Assembly (NCBI RefSeq): GCF_006345805.1
Contig: NC_043000.1
Span: forward strand, 149,420,001 to 149,484,000
DNA length: 64,000 nt
Source: Octopus sinensis
Taxonomy: Eukaryota
Direction of reading: 5' to 3'
Part shown: positions 1 to 12,576 of the stretch, in pieces
Position numbering within the stretch: position 1 is the stretch's first letter
Layout of the letters: each line of letters opens with the position of its first letter
The notes under the pieces: model-generated
Seen by the model: only the letters and a program-made list of their open reading frames with translations
Database searches by the model: none
What the model was told of the DNA's origin: nothing
Made by a program: the position numbers and the translations under genes

Positions 1-2081
1 AAGGGGCTGAGGACTGAACCTTGGTGGACCCCAACCTCTACCCGGAATTCTTCACTGTACTCGTTGCCAACCCTCACCTTACTGATGGCATCCTTGTACA
101 TGGCTCGCACAGCTCTCACTAACCATTCATCTATCCCTAGTTTCCTCATTGACCACCAGATGAGGGATTGTGGGACCCTGTCAAAGGCTTTCTCCATGTC
201 AACGAAAGCCATGTACAGAGGTTTATCTTTGGCTAGGTATTTCTCCTGCAGCTGTCTTAGTAGAAATATAGCATCAGTGGTGCACTTCCCTGGCACGAAC
301 CCAAACTGCATCTCATCTAAACTGACTCTCTCCCTAATTAGTTGGGCTATGAACCTCTCTGTAACCTTCATTACCTGATCCAACAACTTGATACCTCTGT
401 AATTATTTGTATCTAAATCTTCACCTTTACCTTTGTAGCAGTTGACTACGGTGCTCCTACACCAGTCATTGGGTATGGCTCCTTCGTGTATTACCTGGTT
501 AACTATACGAATGACTAGGCTATATCCGACACTGACTGATATTTTGAGCATCTCTGCAGTGATTCCTGGTGAGCCGGGGGCTTTCCCTGCCTTCATACTC
601 TTGATTGCTTTATCTACCAAGGTATTGTCATTTCGGATAGCTAGTGCCTCTGTTGGGTCAACATTCAGCAGACTCTCTTTATTGAGCAACCTTTCATAGT
701 GGCGTCTCCAAACCTCTCTCTTTGCAGCCTCGTTTAGTGCAAGTGAACCATCACCCATACAGACACATTTCTCTCCTATGACATCACGATTCTCTCTCAC
801 ACCCTGTCTTGCAACACGAAATACCTCAAGTCTTTGGTCCGCACGGCGCAGAACATTGGCAAATTTTTTCTTATCTGCTTCCCCACTGGCTGAATAAACC
901 TGTCTCCTAGCTTCCCTTCTGGCAGTCTGATACAATTCCCTGCTACCTCCGTTCTTCCATTCCTTCCAAGCCTGTTTCTTTTGTCTAATAGCCCTGTCAG
1001 CCACATTGTTCCACCACCACGTTACCTTGGGTTGAGAGGGGACTTTGCATCATCCACAGATCTGGTCAGTGGCTCTCAGCTGGTTGTCCTGTAGAAACCT
1101 CCAGTTGTCTTCCACATTATGTGATGCTATATCCCCTTCTATTTCATCAAAGGCTTTGATTAATACGTCTCTAAATCATTGTCCATTTGCATGATCTTTA
1201 AGCTTCCAGACCCTTCTCCTCCAAGCTGGTCATCTTCAGAGCATCCACTTAGCCCTGATCCTGAAGTTGCTAACTACTAATCTATGTTGAGGGATACATT
1301 CTTCGCCTGGGAAGGTTTTGGCATTTATAAGCAGCCCTCTTTCCCTTTTTCTGGCGAGGATGTAGTCAATTTGGCTAGTGTGTCTGCCAGAACGATAGGT
1401 GACTAGGTGACAGGCGGGTTTCCTGAAGTTGGTATTGCAAACCATAAGATCATTTACATTTCAGAACTCCAGCAGTCTGGTTCCCTCCTCATTGCGGGAA
1501 CCTAAACTATAGCTTCCGTGTATGCTATGGAAGCCCCCTGCATGTTGTATGCCACATCCATTGAAATCACCAGCCACAAAGAGAAAGTCCCTGTCATATA
1601 TCAACGAGGTAGTCTGCAATAGGGTGTCATAAAATCGGTCTTTCTGCCCATCCGGTAGCCCCGGTTGAGGGGCATAGGCCGAGATAATGGTAGCTAACCT
1701 ATGGTGAAGCACTAATATAATCTTAAGTACTCTGTCACATACTCTGACTACCTCGATTACCTTATCAACCCATTTCTCCACAAGAAGTATACCCACGCCC
1801 CCGACCCCGTCAATGTTCCCTGCCCAGAAAATCATGTACCTGTGTTTCTTGCCTGTGAGGAACCTAACAGAACCTCCTCTCCACCTTACTTCTTGGAAGC
1901 AGCACAAATCTGCACATTTCCGTTCAAGCATCTCAACAATCTCACCAGACCTACCTTTCAGTGTGCCAACGTTGAGTGTGCCAACTCTGAGGGCGTGGGA
2001 GATGTGGGCCTGTGAGACCCTGGGATGAGGGACAGCAATGTCATGTACCTGAAAAGGAAGTTGGCATTTGGCAGAATTCAT
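1..2081 (-). mobile_element. Decayed RTE-clade LINE (APE endonuclease plus start of RT); runs off the window edge
   Basis: ORF 1461-2081 has APE motifs (VGTLNVGTL, QEVRW, SAYAPQ, GDFN). ORF 1236-1445 has SQIDYIL and QHRLVV. Further frameshifted pre-RT/RT fragments continue towards base 1. Confidence 0.9.
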
Positions 2082-2286
2082 AAAGAAACACTAGACTACA
2101 ACCTAGATACACTACGCCATTTTTATGCGCTATGTGATCAATAAACCCTACGTAGGGGTGGCAGTGGCATTAGGCCCTTAGAAACAAGGAAGACAGAGGA
2201 TAAGATCTTACGGTAAAGGTGGAGGGGTGGGAGGGTGGGTGTACCGTGAACCAACAAGTTTAGACGAGAGCATCGTCTTCTGCACT

Positions 2287-2820
2287 TCCCTCCTCCTAGG
2301 ACTGCAGCTGGGATATACCAAAAACATGTGCTTCTTGTGTTTGGAACAGCTGTGATGACAACAATCATTACATTGTAAAAGACTGGCCTAAAAGAGATGA
2401 GCACATAGTTGGTCGGTACAATGTGCAGCATATGCCACTGGTAGACCCTGCAAAAGATCTCTCTTTCACCCCTTCACATCAAACTCAGCCTCATGAAAAA
2501 ACTTTGTAAAAGCAATGACACACAATAGTTGTGACTTCCAGTACCCAAGAGTAAAATTTAGTGCAGAGAAAAGTGACGCAAAACTGAAAGCAGGCATTTT
2601 CATTGGACCAAGATCAGAGAATTGATATCTGATAGCAAATTCAGAGGTAGACTGAATCCATTTGAGTAAGGGATTCATTTGTGGTAGTTGTACAGAACTT
2701 TCTTGGAAATCATTAAGTTGAAAAGTATGCTGAATTAATAAACAATATGCTAACACCGTATGAAAGAATGGGATGCTGTATGTCCCTTAAAATGCACTTC
2801 TTGCATTCTCATCTCGATTC
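2287..2820 (+). repeat. Near-identical copy of the internal part (4994-5530) of the Chapaev3-like transposase
   Basis: ttccctcctcctaggactgcag...cattctcatctcgattct occurs at both places with only a few differences. Confidence 0.9.
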
Positions 2821-2961
2821 TATACTATGGTTAGACAAATTTAGAGAGAATGAATTAACGAAATGATAACTTTGAATAAAATAAATAAAATATGACGATT
2901 AACGGATATGCATGACCTTAAGACAAACAAGAAAGACGAAGCTATTGGAACTATGTTTACA

Positions 2962-3294
2962 TGTTAGTTAGTTAGTTAGTTAGTTAATTTTTTGGCTCAA
3001 AAAGCAAAAAGCAAGGCCATGTAGGGGGACATGCAGTTATGTACAGGGTGGTGTTCATGTAAAGAGTTCAGGCCACTTGAGGTCAAGGGAGACTTTGAAC
3101 CGAGCGGTCGTCAGCATCTTCACCATCTCGTCTGGCAGCTTATTCCACGGATCCGCAACCCGGACGGAGAAAGCCCCTCTCCTTCAATTGAGATGAAATC
3201 GTCGCAGATAGAACTTTTCGGAATGACCCCGCAGCCGACGCTCTTGAGCAGGAGTGAAGAACAGCTCTTTCGAGAGGTTACACTTTCCGCTTAG
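2962..3294 (-). mobile_element. 3' end of a CR1-like LINE with (CTAA)n tail; shorter copy at 23750-23876
   Basis: Minus-strand translation RLRGHSEKF..GAFSVRVADPWNKLPDEMVK..FKVSLDLKW matches the CR1 ORF2 C-terminus, followed by a tetranucleotide tail. Confidence 0.75.
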
Positions 3295-3334
3295 ATAGAT
3301 AATAGAGAATGAGTGGGGGGGGGGGTTAACACGC

Positions 3335-3680
3335 CTTTTTTGTCTGATTTTTTATAATAATATCCCGTTTATTAGCTTTTATAGTTTTGTCAGTATGTAT
3401 GGCGAAGTCCCAGAGAATCGGCACATTTTCTCCCTCAGTCACAGCTTCAGGATGGTGTTTATACCATTTGTCCGCGGTTTTGATTTTATAATGCCAACTT
3501 ATTGTCCAGTGTAAATACTGGCCGACTCTGTCATGTCTTGCTTTATATTCTACAGGTGCTAAGACTCTACACCCTGTGATTAGGTGGTCTATACTTTCAA
3601 TCTCATCATTACAGAATCAGCATTTTGGGTCAGCTCCATTTTTTATCAGATTGGCTTGGTAGGTCCATGTTAATAAGCTT
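3335..3680 (-). mobile_element. Fragment of an R4/Dong-like (restriction-like endonuclease) LINE
   Basis: Minus-strand translation ..KC*FCNDEIESIDHLITGC..EYKARHDRVGQYLHW..WYKHHPEAV..ILWDF: CCHC knuckle leading into the RLE region. Confidence 0.7.
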
Positions 3681-3760
3681 TTGGGCATACGGCATAGTGG
3701 TTAAGAGCGTGGGCTATTAGCCCCAAGTTTCCAAATTCGATTCCAGGCAGTGACCTGAAT

Positions 3761-3807
<47 letters not shown>

Positions 3808-3808
<1 letters not shown>

Positions 3809-4113
3809 TAGCAGTATCGCCCGGCGTTGCTCGGGTTTGTAAGGGAAATAACTATATGAGCATTTTTTGAGAGTTACTTCCCTTATATAAACCGAGCAAA
3901 AATCATTAAAAATGCGGAAAAATGATGGTAAATTTTTTCTTAAATCGTAGACTCATCGTAGGCGCGCGCTAATATCCAGAAGGGATCGATATGAATGACG
4001 ACTATAAGATACCCGCTTTTTGTTAAACTGCACCGCAAAATCTGGGAGTAGTTAGGAATCTAAATCGGAGGAGACAGAGTCTCACACACACAACTTCAAT
4101 TTTATATTTAAAG
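3808..4113 (-). mobile_element. Non-autonomous Helitron, family 1
   Basis: On the minus strand it starts A|TCTTT and ends with the CCCGAGCAACGCCGGG hairpin plus CTAG|T, with no TSD. Homologous to 15566-15964. Confidence 0.8.
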
Positions 4114-4168
<55 letters not shown>

Positions 4169-4241
4169 TAATAATAATAATAATAAAAATAACATCTAAA
4201 AATACCTTAGGAATGAGAACCCAGGTTCGAAATTTACCCAA

Positions 4242-4286
4242 GACATCTGATAAAGGCTGGAGGATATATCAGCTGAAATATTGTGT
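4242..4286 (+). ncRNA. Degenerate type I hammerhead ribozyme (G8A)
   Basis: gacat-CTGATAA-a-GGCTG-loop-CAGCT-GAAA-TA-TT-gtgtt; stems I and II and a palindromic stem III are recognisable. Confidence 0.55.
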
Positions 4287-4379
4287 TAACAACAAACAAG
4301 ATGAGGAAAAATATCCATCAAATGTAAACAATGTACATAATTCCTCATCTCTTAAATATAGAACTGTATTAATATTAGT

Positions 4380-6022
4380 GGTTTCTCAAAAAAGACCAAA
4401 GCAAAGATTGTGTATGCAAATTGTAATTGGCTCTAAAACTGATCCCACATAACTTCAAGAACCCTGTCCTAGTTCCCTTCTCTCATGCTTCACTTGAAAA
4501 TCTTGATACATCGCATGATGAACCCCCTTACTCTCCTATCAACAATGAGTATGTAGTTGACTCTAAGAAAAATGAACCAAGCTAGTTTAATCAAAAAGAT
4601 TTGAGCGATTTAGTAGAAACCTAGCATTGTCAAAGGAGAAGGCAGAAGTTTTGGGATTCAAACTACAACAATGGAATCTCCTACAGCAAGGTACAAACAT
4701 TTCCATTTTCTGTTCTCACCATAAAGGCTTATCTGTCTTTTTTAAGCAAGCAAATAATGTTTGTTTCTGTACAGACGCTAATGCACTCATGCAAAAACTA
4801 GGACATGTGCATGTGGCTAACGAAAGGAGATTTTTTATAGACTTGAGTAAAGTTAGCCTCAAAGCTGCGTTGTTATATGATGGTAATGCAAAACCTTCCT
4901 TTCCTGTGTGTCATGTTGTCAGTATAGAAGAAACTTATGAATCAATGGAACTCACTCTGAAAGGAGTTAAGTACTCAGTGCATAAGTGGTGATTTCCCTC
5001 CTCCTAGGACTGCAGCTGGGATATACCAAAAATATGTGCTTCTTGTGTTTGGAACAGCTGTGATGACAACAATCATTACATTGTAAAAGACTGGCCTAAA
5101 AGAGATGAGCACATAGTTGGTCGGTACAATGTGCAGCATATGCCACTGGTAGACCCTGCAAAAGATCTCTCTTTCACCCCTTCACATCAAACTCAGCCTC
5201 ATGAAAAAACTTTGTAAAAGCAATGACACACAATGGTTGTGACTTCCAGTACCCAAGAGTAAAATTTAGTGCAGAGAAAAGTGACGTAAAACTAAAAGCA
5301 GGCATTTTCATTGGACCCAAGATCAGAGAATTGATATCTGATAGCAAATTCAGAGGTAGACTGAATCCATTTGAGTAAGGGATTCATTTGTGGTAGTTGT
5401 ACAGAACTTTCTTGGAAATCATTAAGTTGAAAAGTATGCTGAATTAATAAACAATATGCTAACACCGTATGAAAGAATGGGATGCTGTATGTCCCTTAAA
5501 ATGCACTTCTTGCATTCTCATCTCGATTCTTTTCCAAAGAATCTTGGTGCTGTTAGTGATGAGCATGGTGAGGGGTTCCACCAGAACGTATCTGAGATGG
5601 AAACGAGGTACCAAGGCTGGTTCAATCCATGCATGATGGGTGACTACTGCTGGTTCCTACAATGGGAGACCAGCATGGTGCATAAGCACAAGAGCAAGTG
5701 ACTCAAACATTTCTGAGCTGAGCATATCTAAAATAAAGTGAGTATCCCCTTAACATAGATATACTATGTACCATTATATCATAATACTATTTGCCTTGAA
5801 CATAAATTTACTATATACAGTACTAATACTATTATAATAATTATTTACCATGAACTTAAGTATTCCTGATTCTAATATAGTATTAATATATAATTATGCT
5901 CATTATTCAAAATCCTGATGTGCTATAGCAATTCTGAGTTCAGATTCAGAATCAGTGTACTCAGTTTAGTTTAGTTCAGCACTATTTGTCTGGGTTGCAG
6001 ACAGATCCTTTTTGGCTGCCCC
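4380..6022 (+). mobile_element. Decayed Chapaev3-like (CMC superfamily) DNA transposon
   Basis: ORF 4627-4992 has FFIDLSKVSLKAALLYDGN. ORF 5456-5701 has MSLKMHFLHSHLDSFPKNLGAVSDEHGEGFHQ..RYQG..MMGDYCW. Multiple stops; ends approximate. Confidence 0.75.
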
Positions 6023-6129
6023 GGGATATTTCATTATTACACTGCTGCTATATTTATTTTATTTTCAGAAATTTGATATTGTCATTCTGATAATATATTT
6101 ATGCAGCTATACAGTGATATCATAAGAAT

Positions 6130-6745
6130 GTTAACAGAGAAACAAATCTTTGCATGGGGCAGATGTGCAAACATAAGCACTAAGAATGTCTGGGGTGGAG
6201 GATCCTTAGAAGTAATAGATAGCTTACATTATTTAGGCAACCAAGTTGACTGTAGAAGAGCAAGTTCTGAAAGCATAGTTACGAAAATAAAAACAGGCTG
6301 GGTAAAATTTAGATAGTTACTACTTCAGAGTGAAATTGTGGTAGCTGCATATGTACAGCTATGTCGCATGGCTGTGAAACATGGCCTATGACAACAAAGA
6401 ACATGTGAATGCTTGAAAGAAATGAAGTTAGTATTCTCCACCAGATGGGTAATATCTGTGAGCATGCATAACAGAGTGTAGATGATTTAAGAAGAAAACT
6501 GGGTATAAGAGACATTCAGTTGTAGTGCGCAAGTCTGTGCTGGTATGGTCATGTGATACAAAGGGATGAGGACAGATGCATATAGCAGCGCTGATTTCTA
6601 ATTGTGGAGGAACCTGTGGAAGGGGTACTACCAGAAAAACAGGGGATGACATGATCAGAAAGGATCTTCAGATGTCAGAGATGACAAGAGATCAAAACTT
6701 TCCGGCAATTTGCTGTGCTTGAGAAAACATGTCAAGCTAAGTAAG
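6130..6745 (+). mobile_element. Decayed RTE LINE 3' fragment
   Basis: LEVIDSLHYLG..KIKTGWVKFR, homologous to ORF 9074-9853. Confidence 0.8.
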
Positions 6746-6754
6746 ATTGTGACT

Positions 6755-6990
6755 ACCTATTTCTTTACTACCCACAAGGGGCTAAACACAGAGGGGACGA
6801 ACAAGGACAGACACACGGATTAAGTCGATTATATCGATCCCAGTGTGTAACTGGTACTTAATTTATCGACCCCGAAAGGATGAAAGGCAAAGTCGACCTC
6901 GGCGGAATTTCAACTCAGAACGTAACGGCAGACGAAATACGGCTACGCATTTCGCCCAGCGTGCTAACGTTTCTGCCAGCTCTCCGCCTT
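6755..6990 (-). mobile_element. tRNA-derived SINE family B (Meta-domain-like). Other copies: 7705-7915(+), 16767-16945(+), 28583-28816(-), 33604-33836(-), 41795-42020(-), 46897-47133(+), 63120-63284(-), 63896-64000(-)
   Basis: Shared head aggcggcgagctggcagaaacgttag and core gactttgcctttcatcctttcggggtcgataaa, which resembles the MetaSINE domain. Confidence 0.8.
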
Positions 6991-7389
6991 ATCTTCACAT
7001 ACCTACCATACTCCCTCTCAGCCACTTCCTTTTCTTCTTATCATCTCTTGCTACATATCTGACAAACTCCACCTCCGAGCCACTCTAATTCATTTCAACA
7101 TCACATGCTAGCTCTGCAATCTCTTAACATCTCCCCTCACACTATTATGAACATGCCCCTCTATCCCTTCTGGACTTCTTATACTAGCTGCTGCTGTTCC
7201 TTGTGGTAGGCTTCTTTGCTCGCTCAGACTGTTTTGATCTGCAACTCTCCCCAACTTTCCTCTTTCCATGTCCTACTGAGGTAGCCACGGACCTTCTCAA
7301 TAGTAAGAAGGCTACCTCTACCATACTCTAATCTCTCTACTCCATTCTCTCTCCCAGCTCAGAGGTCCTTGTATTGTGAACATGTGGAT

Positions 7390-7701
7390 GCTAGTGCCAT
7401 GTAAAAATACCTGTTTTGGTGCCACATAAAAAGCACCTGTGCTGGTGCCACATAACAAGCACCCATGCTGGTGTTACATAAAGAGCACCCATGCTGGTGT
7501 CATATAAAAGGCACCTGTGATGGTGCCACATAAAAGCACCCAGTACACTCTGTAAAGTGGTTGGTGTTAGGAAGGGCATCCAGGCATAGAGACCATGCAA
7601 AAGCAAACAATTGGTGCCTGGTGCAGTTCTCTGGCTGGCCAACTCCTGTCAAATCTTCCAGCCCATGTTAGCACAGAAAATGGACATTAAATGATGATGA
7701 T
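7390..7701 (+). mobile_element. Short RTE 3'-UTR-type element ending in (GAT)n. Relatives: 10700-10957(-), 15035-15560(-), 27250-27450(-), 35320-35746(+), 37340-37495(+), 37995-38250(+), 47868-48071(+)
   Basis: Tandem tggcac..aaaagcacc units, then ggagtggttggcgttaggaagggcatcc..cccatgctagcatgga..gttaaacgatgatg, matching the tail of the RTE at 8730-10443. Confidence 0.75.
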
Positions 7702-7998
7702 CTTGAACTGGCAGAATTGTTACTGCAGTTGGTGAAATGCTTAGTGGCTTTTTTTCTGGCTTTATGTTCTGAGTTTATTTTCCACCAAGGCTGACTTTGC
7801 CTTTCATCCTTTCAGGATCAGTAAAATGAAGTACTAGTCAAGCACTAGGGTTGATGTAATTAACTAGGCCTCTCTCCAAAATTTCAGGCTTTGTGCCTAT
7901 AGTAGAAATGATTATTTCTAATATTGCCACAAGTCCATATCTTTTGTGATTTTGGTGGAATAAGTATCAGTATTTGACTGATACTGTCATCACACTAG

Positions 7999-8329
7999 GA
8001 AAATGAAAGTCAAATATCTACTTCTGTTGAATTTGGACTTAAGATATTTTGTCCTGGAATACACCAGCTTTTGCCAGCCATTTCTCAAGAAGGTTAGTTT
8101 AATATAACTATATAATGTATAAACCATTACTAAAAATTGTAAATTTAAAAATTTAATTAATAATTCAATATTTAGTATATATTTCACCTGCTGACTAATG
8201 TATTATTTTAATGTAAATATATATAACAATGTACATAATGTATTATTTTAATGTAAATATATATAACAATGTATATAATGTATTATTTTAATGTAAATAT
8301 ATATAACAATGTATATAATGTATTATTTT

Positions 8330-8363
<34 letters not shown>

Positions 8364-8472
8364 GTTTAATGCAAATATACATAGAGTATGGTTGTTGCAG
8401 TAATAAAAATATTAACTGTCTCTTATAGGTAGAGCTGAAAATGGGCAAAATAGATACTCTGTGCAAATGTAA
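7999..8472 (+). CDS. Tentative last two coding exons (7999-8092, 8429-8472) of an unidentified plus-strand gene
   Basis: cactag|...GAAG|gttagt and aactgtctcttatag|GT.. are phase-1 compatible and give ENESQISTSVEFGLKIFCPGIHQLLPAISQEGRAENGQNRYSVQM*. Non-repetitive context; no recognised domain. Confidence 0.25.
8197..8332. repeat. 40-bp AT-rich tandem repeat, ~3.4 copies
   Basis: taatgtattatttttaatgtaaatatatataacaatgta repeated with a 40-bp period. Confidence 0.9.
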
Positions 8473-8729
8473 ACAGATATCTATATAGACTCTGTGGTAA
8501 TGAAAAAAAACACAAAGAAGTGATCAGGCTTACCTATTTTAGTTCCATTTAAGATAACAGACACTGTGTACCTGCCCATCCAGAAAAACGAATTTGCATA
8601 AGTATTTTGCAGCTAAGTCAGTTTATTAACACAGTAAGCTGTGGGTTTTGGTCAATGTAAATGTACAAAGAATATATCTGTGGTAGTAGTACAATTATAG
8701 CTGGTTTTGCATGTGTAGTGAAATACACT

Positions 8730-10443
8730 GTGAGAGCTGTACAAGCCATTTTCAAGGATGCTGTCAGTAAGGTGAAGGTTGGCAATGAGTTTAGTGAAGA
8801 ATTCCAGGTAGAGGTAGGGATCCACTAAGGTTCAGTCCTCCGTCCCCTCTTATTCATCATAGTCCTCCAGGCAATAACAGAGGAATTCTAGACAGGATGC
8901 CCCTGGGAGCTCCTCTATGCTGATGACCTTGCTCTCATAGCTGAAGCACTACCAGAACTAGAGAAGAAGTTTCAGGTGTGGAAGCAAGATCTAGAATCAA
9001 TCTAGCAGAAATCAAAGTCAATATATGTTGGAAGGCAGACAAATCACAAATCCCTTCAGGTAGATGACCCTGCTTGATCTGTAGAAAAGGCATAGGTAGA
9101 AACTCCATAAGATGTACCCAGTGTAATCTATGGACACATAAGAAGTGCAGCAATATGAAAGAAAGGCTTGCTGGGAAGATAATTTTTGTATGTGGCAAAT
9201 GTACAGGGGCAATAAACACTGAAAATGGGCAGAAAACATCTGTCATATGCCAGGGGAAAAGACTAGAAGTAGTCGATAGCTTCTGTTACCTAGGTGACCA
9301 AGTTAGTTGCGTGGGTGGATGCTCTGAGGGCATAGCTGCTAGAATAAGAATAGCCTGGGCAAAGTTCAGACAGCTCCTACATCTGCTGGTAACAAAGGGC
9401 CTCTCACTCAGAATGAAAGATGGACTGTATGACGCATGTGTGCAAACAACCATACTACACAGCAGTGAAACATGGGCTGTGACTGCTGAGGATATGTGTA
9501 AACTTGCAAGAAATGAGGCAAGTATGCTCTGCTGGATGTGTAATGTCAGTGTACCTACACAACAGAGTGTAAGCACCCTGAGAAAAAAGTTGGACATAAG
9601 AAGCATCAGATTTGGTGTACAAGAGAGACGACTGTGCAAGTATGGTCATGTGTTGCGTATGGTTGAGGACAGCTGTGTGAAAAAGTGTCACACCGGAAAA
9701 GTGGAGCGAACCTGTAGAAGAGGTAGATTCAGGAAGACCTGGGATGAGGTGGTGAAGTATGATCTTCAGATATTGGACCTCATGGAGGCAATGACAAGTG
9801 ACCGAGACCTTTGGAGACATGCTGTGCTTGAGAAGACCCAGCAAGCCAAGTGAGATCGTAACTGTGGCCTATGCCAGTGCAGCATAACTGGCCCATTTAA
9901 GAGTACCCTTCAATCATTGGGCAATAAACTATGCTTGAGAAGAACTGTTGAGTCAAGTAAAATCACTGTCTTGGTTGATACCAGTACCACCTGATTGGCA
10001 CCCATACCAGTGACACGTAAGATGCACCATTTGTGTGTGGTTGATGCCAAACCCACTGGACTGGCTCCTGTGCCGGTGGCACGTAAAATCCACCATATTA
10101 TGCCGGTGCCACCTGACTGGTCCCAAGCCAGTAGCACACAAAACGCACCATTTGACTGTGGTCATATCCAGTGCTACCCGACTGGCTCCTGTGCTAGTGG
10201 CACATAAAAAGCACCATTTGAGCATGGTTGATGCCAATACCATATAAATGGCCCTTGTGCTAGTGGCACGTAAAAGGCACCCACTACACTCTCGGAGTGG
10301 TTGGTATTAGAAAGGACATCTAGCCGTAGAAATCTTGCCAGATCAGATTGGAGCCTTGTGCAGTCTTCTGGCTTGCCAGACCTCAGCCAAACCATCCAAC
10401 CCATGCCAGCATGGAAAGTGGACATTAAATGATGATGATGATG
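8730..10443 (+). mobile_element. 5'-truncated RTE LINE (RT C-terminal half, 3' UTR, (GAT)n tail)
   Basis: PWELLYADDL RT motif near 8900-8930. ORF 9074-9853 (259 aa) has a Cys-rich insert and VDSFCYLG, SETW, RGRFRKTW. Confidence 0.9.
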
Positions 10444-11653
10444 AATGTACACAAATGTCTATGCACCAGAAACTGTACACACCCATCTTTTGTCCGCAAA
10501 GAAATTGTTTATATAGTCACTACAACAAAGGACTTCATTTAATTGGGAAATCTGATTTGTATAAATAACACGTTACAGTCTGTTGGGTCAATTAATTAAT
10601 TCTAATACAATAAAGAGTGTTGTTAGGACAATGTAAATCTACTATTGAGTATGTAATATTTCCTATGATTTTTTTTTTTTGGGGATTACATCGTCATAAT
10701 CATCATCATCATCGACGTCGTTTAACGTCTGCTTTCCATGCTAGCATAGGTCGGATGATTTAACTGAGGTCTGGCGAACCAGATGGCTGCACCAGGCTCC
10801 AATCTGATCTGGCAGAGTTTCTACAGCTGGATGCCCTTCCTAACGCCAACCACTCTGAGAGTGTAATGGGTGCTTTTATGTGCCACTGGCATGAGGGTCA
10901 GTCAGGCGGTACTGGCAACAGCCGTACTCAAATGGTGTTTTTTATGTGCCACCTGCGCATAATGTATTTTTGCATGTATTTCATGAGTATATTTGACATT
11001 CCACATAAATCTAATTGTATATTAATGCTTCACTGTTAAATGAATCCTCATTGGATGAAAATCAATACCTATGTAAGCAGTAATAGTATAACATTTTTAA
11101 TCACGGTGTGATTACTGACATATGGACAAGATAATCTGATTCAAAACCTCAACACATTTTATATCTACTCTCCATGTAAATGTTAAAGTTGAAATGTTTT
11201 CATTCTTGTACTAGAACAAATTTTAATTGTCTCTCTGTGTATAACCAAATACACTGACGAAATGCAGTCTATTTGGCATCTGCCAAACTTATAAAAGTCT
11301 GAGCAATTGTTTAGAGGCTTTTGCACTTATCCTGCTGAGCATCTAAGATATGATTTCTATCATTCACTAGTGGGTGAGTCACATCAAGAAATGTCCAATC
11401 TCCAAGTCCATGAAGATGAATTTCTTCCCATCCTCCACTGAGACTTAGACTGTCAGGAAAGCTCTTTCACTGTTATTTACATCTATGAACACTGACCTAC
11501 TACCTGGATCCTAAAAGATCAATCACTTCCAAATTTAATCTCTACAAACTGTAACTGTATTTTCACCTATCAGGTCATCTAACTGCTTCCATAATGCAAC
11601 CACCCAACATCCATCCATCTACCTACCCCAAAATGTTCCCTTCCTTTCACATC

Positions 11654-11778
11654 TTGTTAAGAATTCTGTTAAGGAGTTAAGGTTTACCTTCATTTTCTTG
11701 TGTGTGTGTTTGACCTGTGATGTTTTCTTTTAAGTGTCTCCAGCTGTGTGTGCACGTGTGTGTGTGTGTGTGTGTGTG

Positions 11779-11811
<33 letters not shown>

Positions 11812-12500
11812 TGTGTGTGCGTGTGTGCAGACATAAATATATATATTTTGGGGAAAAAATTTAAGAATTGATGGAAAATACTTTCCATTTGGAAAATACT
11901 TTCCATTAATTCTTAAATTTTTTTCCGAAATACATATATGTATGTCTGCACACACACATACACACCACTGGAGACACTCAAAAGATCAAACCCACACACA
12001 CCATCGCATTTCAAACCACCACACACCAAAACAAAGGAAAACCTTAGTTCCTTAATAGAATTCTTAACAAAATATTTATGACAGCATATACAACCTTTAA
12101 CACACAGCTGGTCACATCCCACACGTATTGAAAGGACATCCAATACAATACACATACAGATCTGGACATAAAACTCATTCAATAAATGCTTGGCAGGAAC
12201 CCACAGAGATTTTTTGAGACAGTAGACAACTACACCCCATCTCTTTCTCTCTAACACCTTGAACTCTATACCAAATTATTTACAAACAAACTATATTTAA
12301 AGAAGACTTTATTGAAAAACTCCAGACATGTTCTTACCATCAAACAGAAGACAAATACAAATTGTTTTTACTTCAAATTCCAAATTTTTATTTATATTTG
12401 ATAAGATGAATTTCATCATTGAAACTGGTAATATATTTTATTTTCTATAGATATAAAGAAAATTTTACAATCATTTTATTAATTTCTTTCTAAATTGAAA
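11654..12500. mobile_element. Old PLE-like pLTR remnant with an imperfect inverted duplication (11654-12069) and a degenerate hammerhead (12393-12435, +)
   Basis: Arms ttgttaagaattc..gtgtctccag and ctggagacac..gaattcttaacaa surround an AT-rich centre. HHR remnant: tatat-TTGATAA-gatga..tcatt-GAAA-ctgg-TA-atata. Confidence 0.45.
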
Positions 12501-12538
12501 TGTCTTAAATTTACTTCTGTGCTGTGTCCACCTCCATC

Positions 12539-12573
<35 letters not shown>

Positions 12574-12576
<3 letters not shown>

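Larger units (their letters stand above)
3688..4366 (+). mobile_element. tRNA-headed SINE-like element with internal (AAT)n and a degenerate hammerhead near its 3' end; interrupted by a Helitron
   Basis: A-box ggcatagtgg, B-box-like attcgattcc, (AAT)n tract split by the 3808-4113 insertion, HHR remnant at 4242-4286. Confidence 0.65.

Noticed and set aside
8920-8926. CTGATGA as a hammerhead core
   Set aside because: It is the YADD codons of the RTE reverse transcriptase; no stem II or GAAA follows.
11254-11290. CTGACGA plus hairpin as a hammerhead (similar partial motifs near 46556 and 54167)
   Set aside because: No correctly placed GAAA/UH and no stem I.
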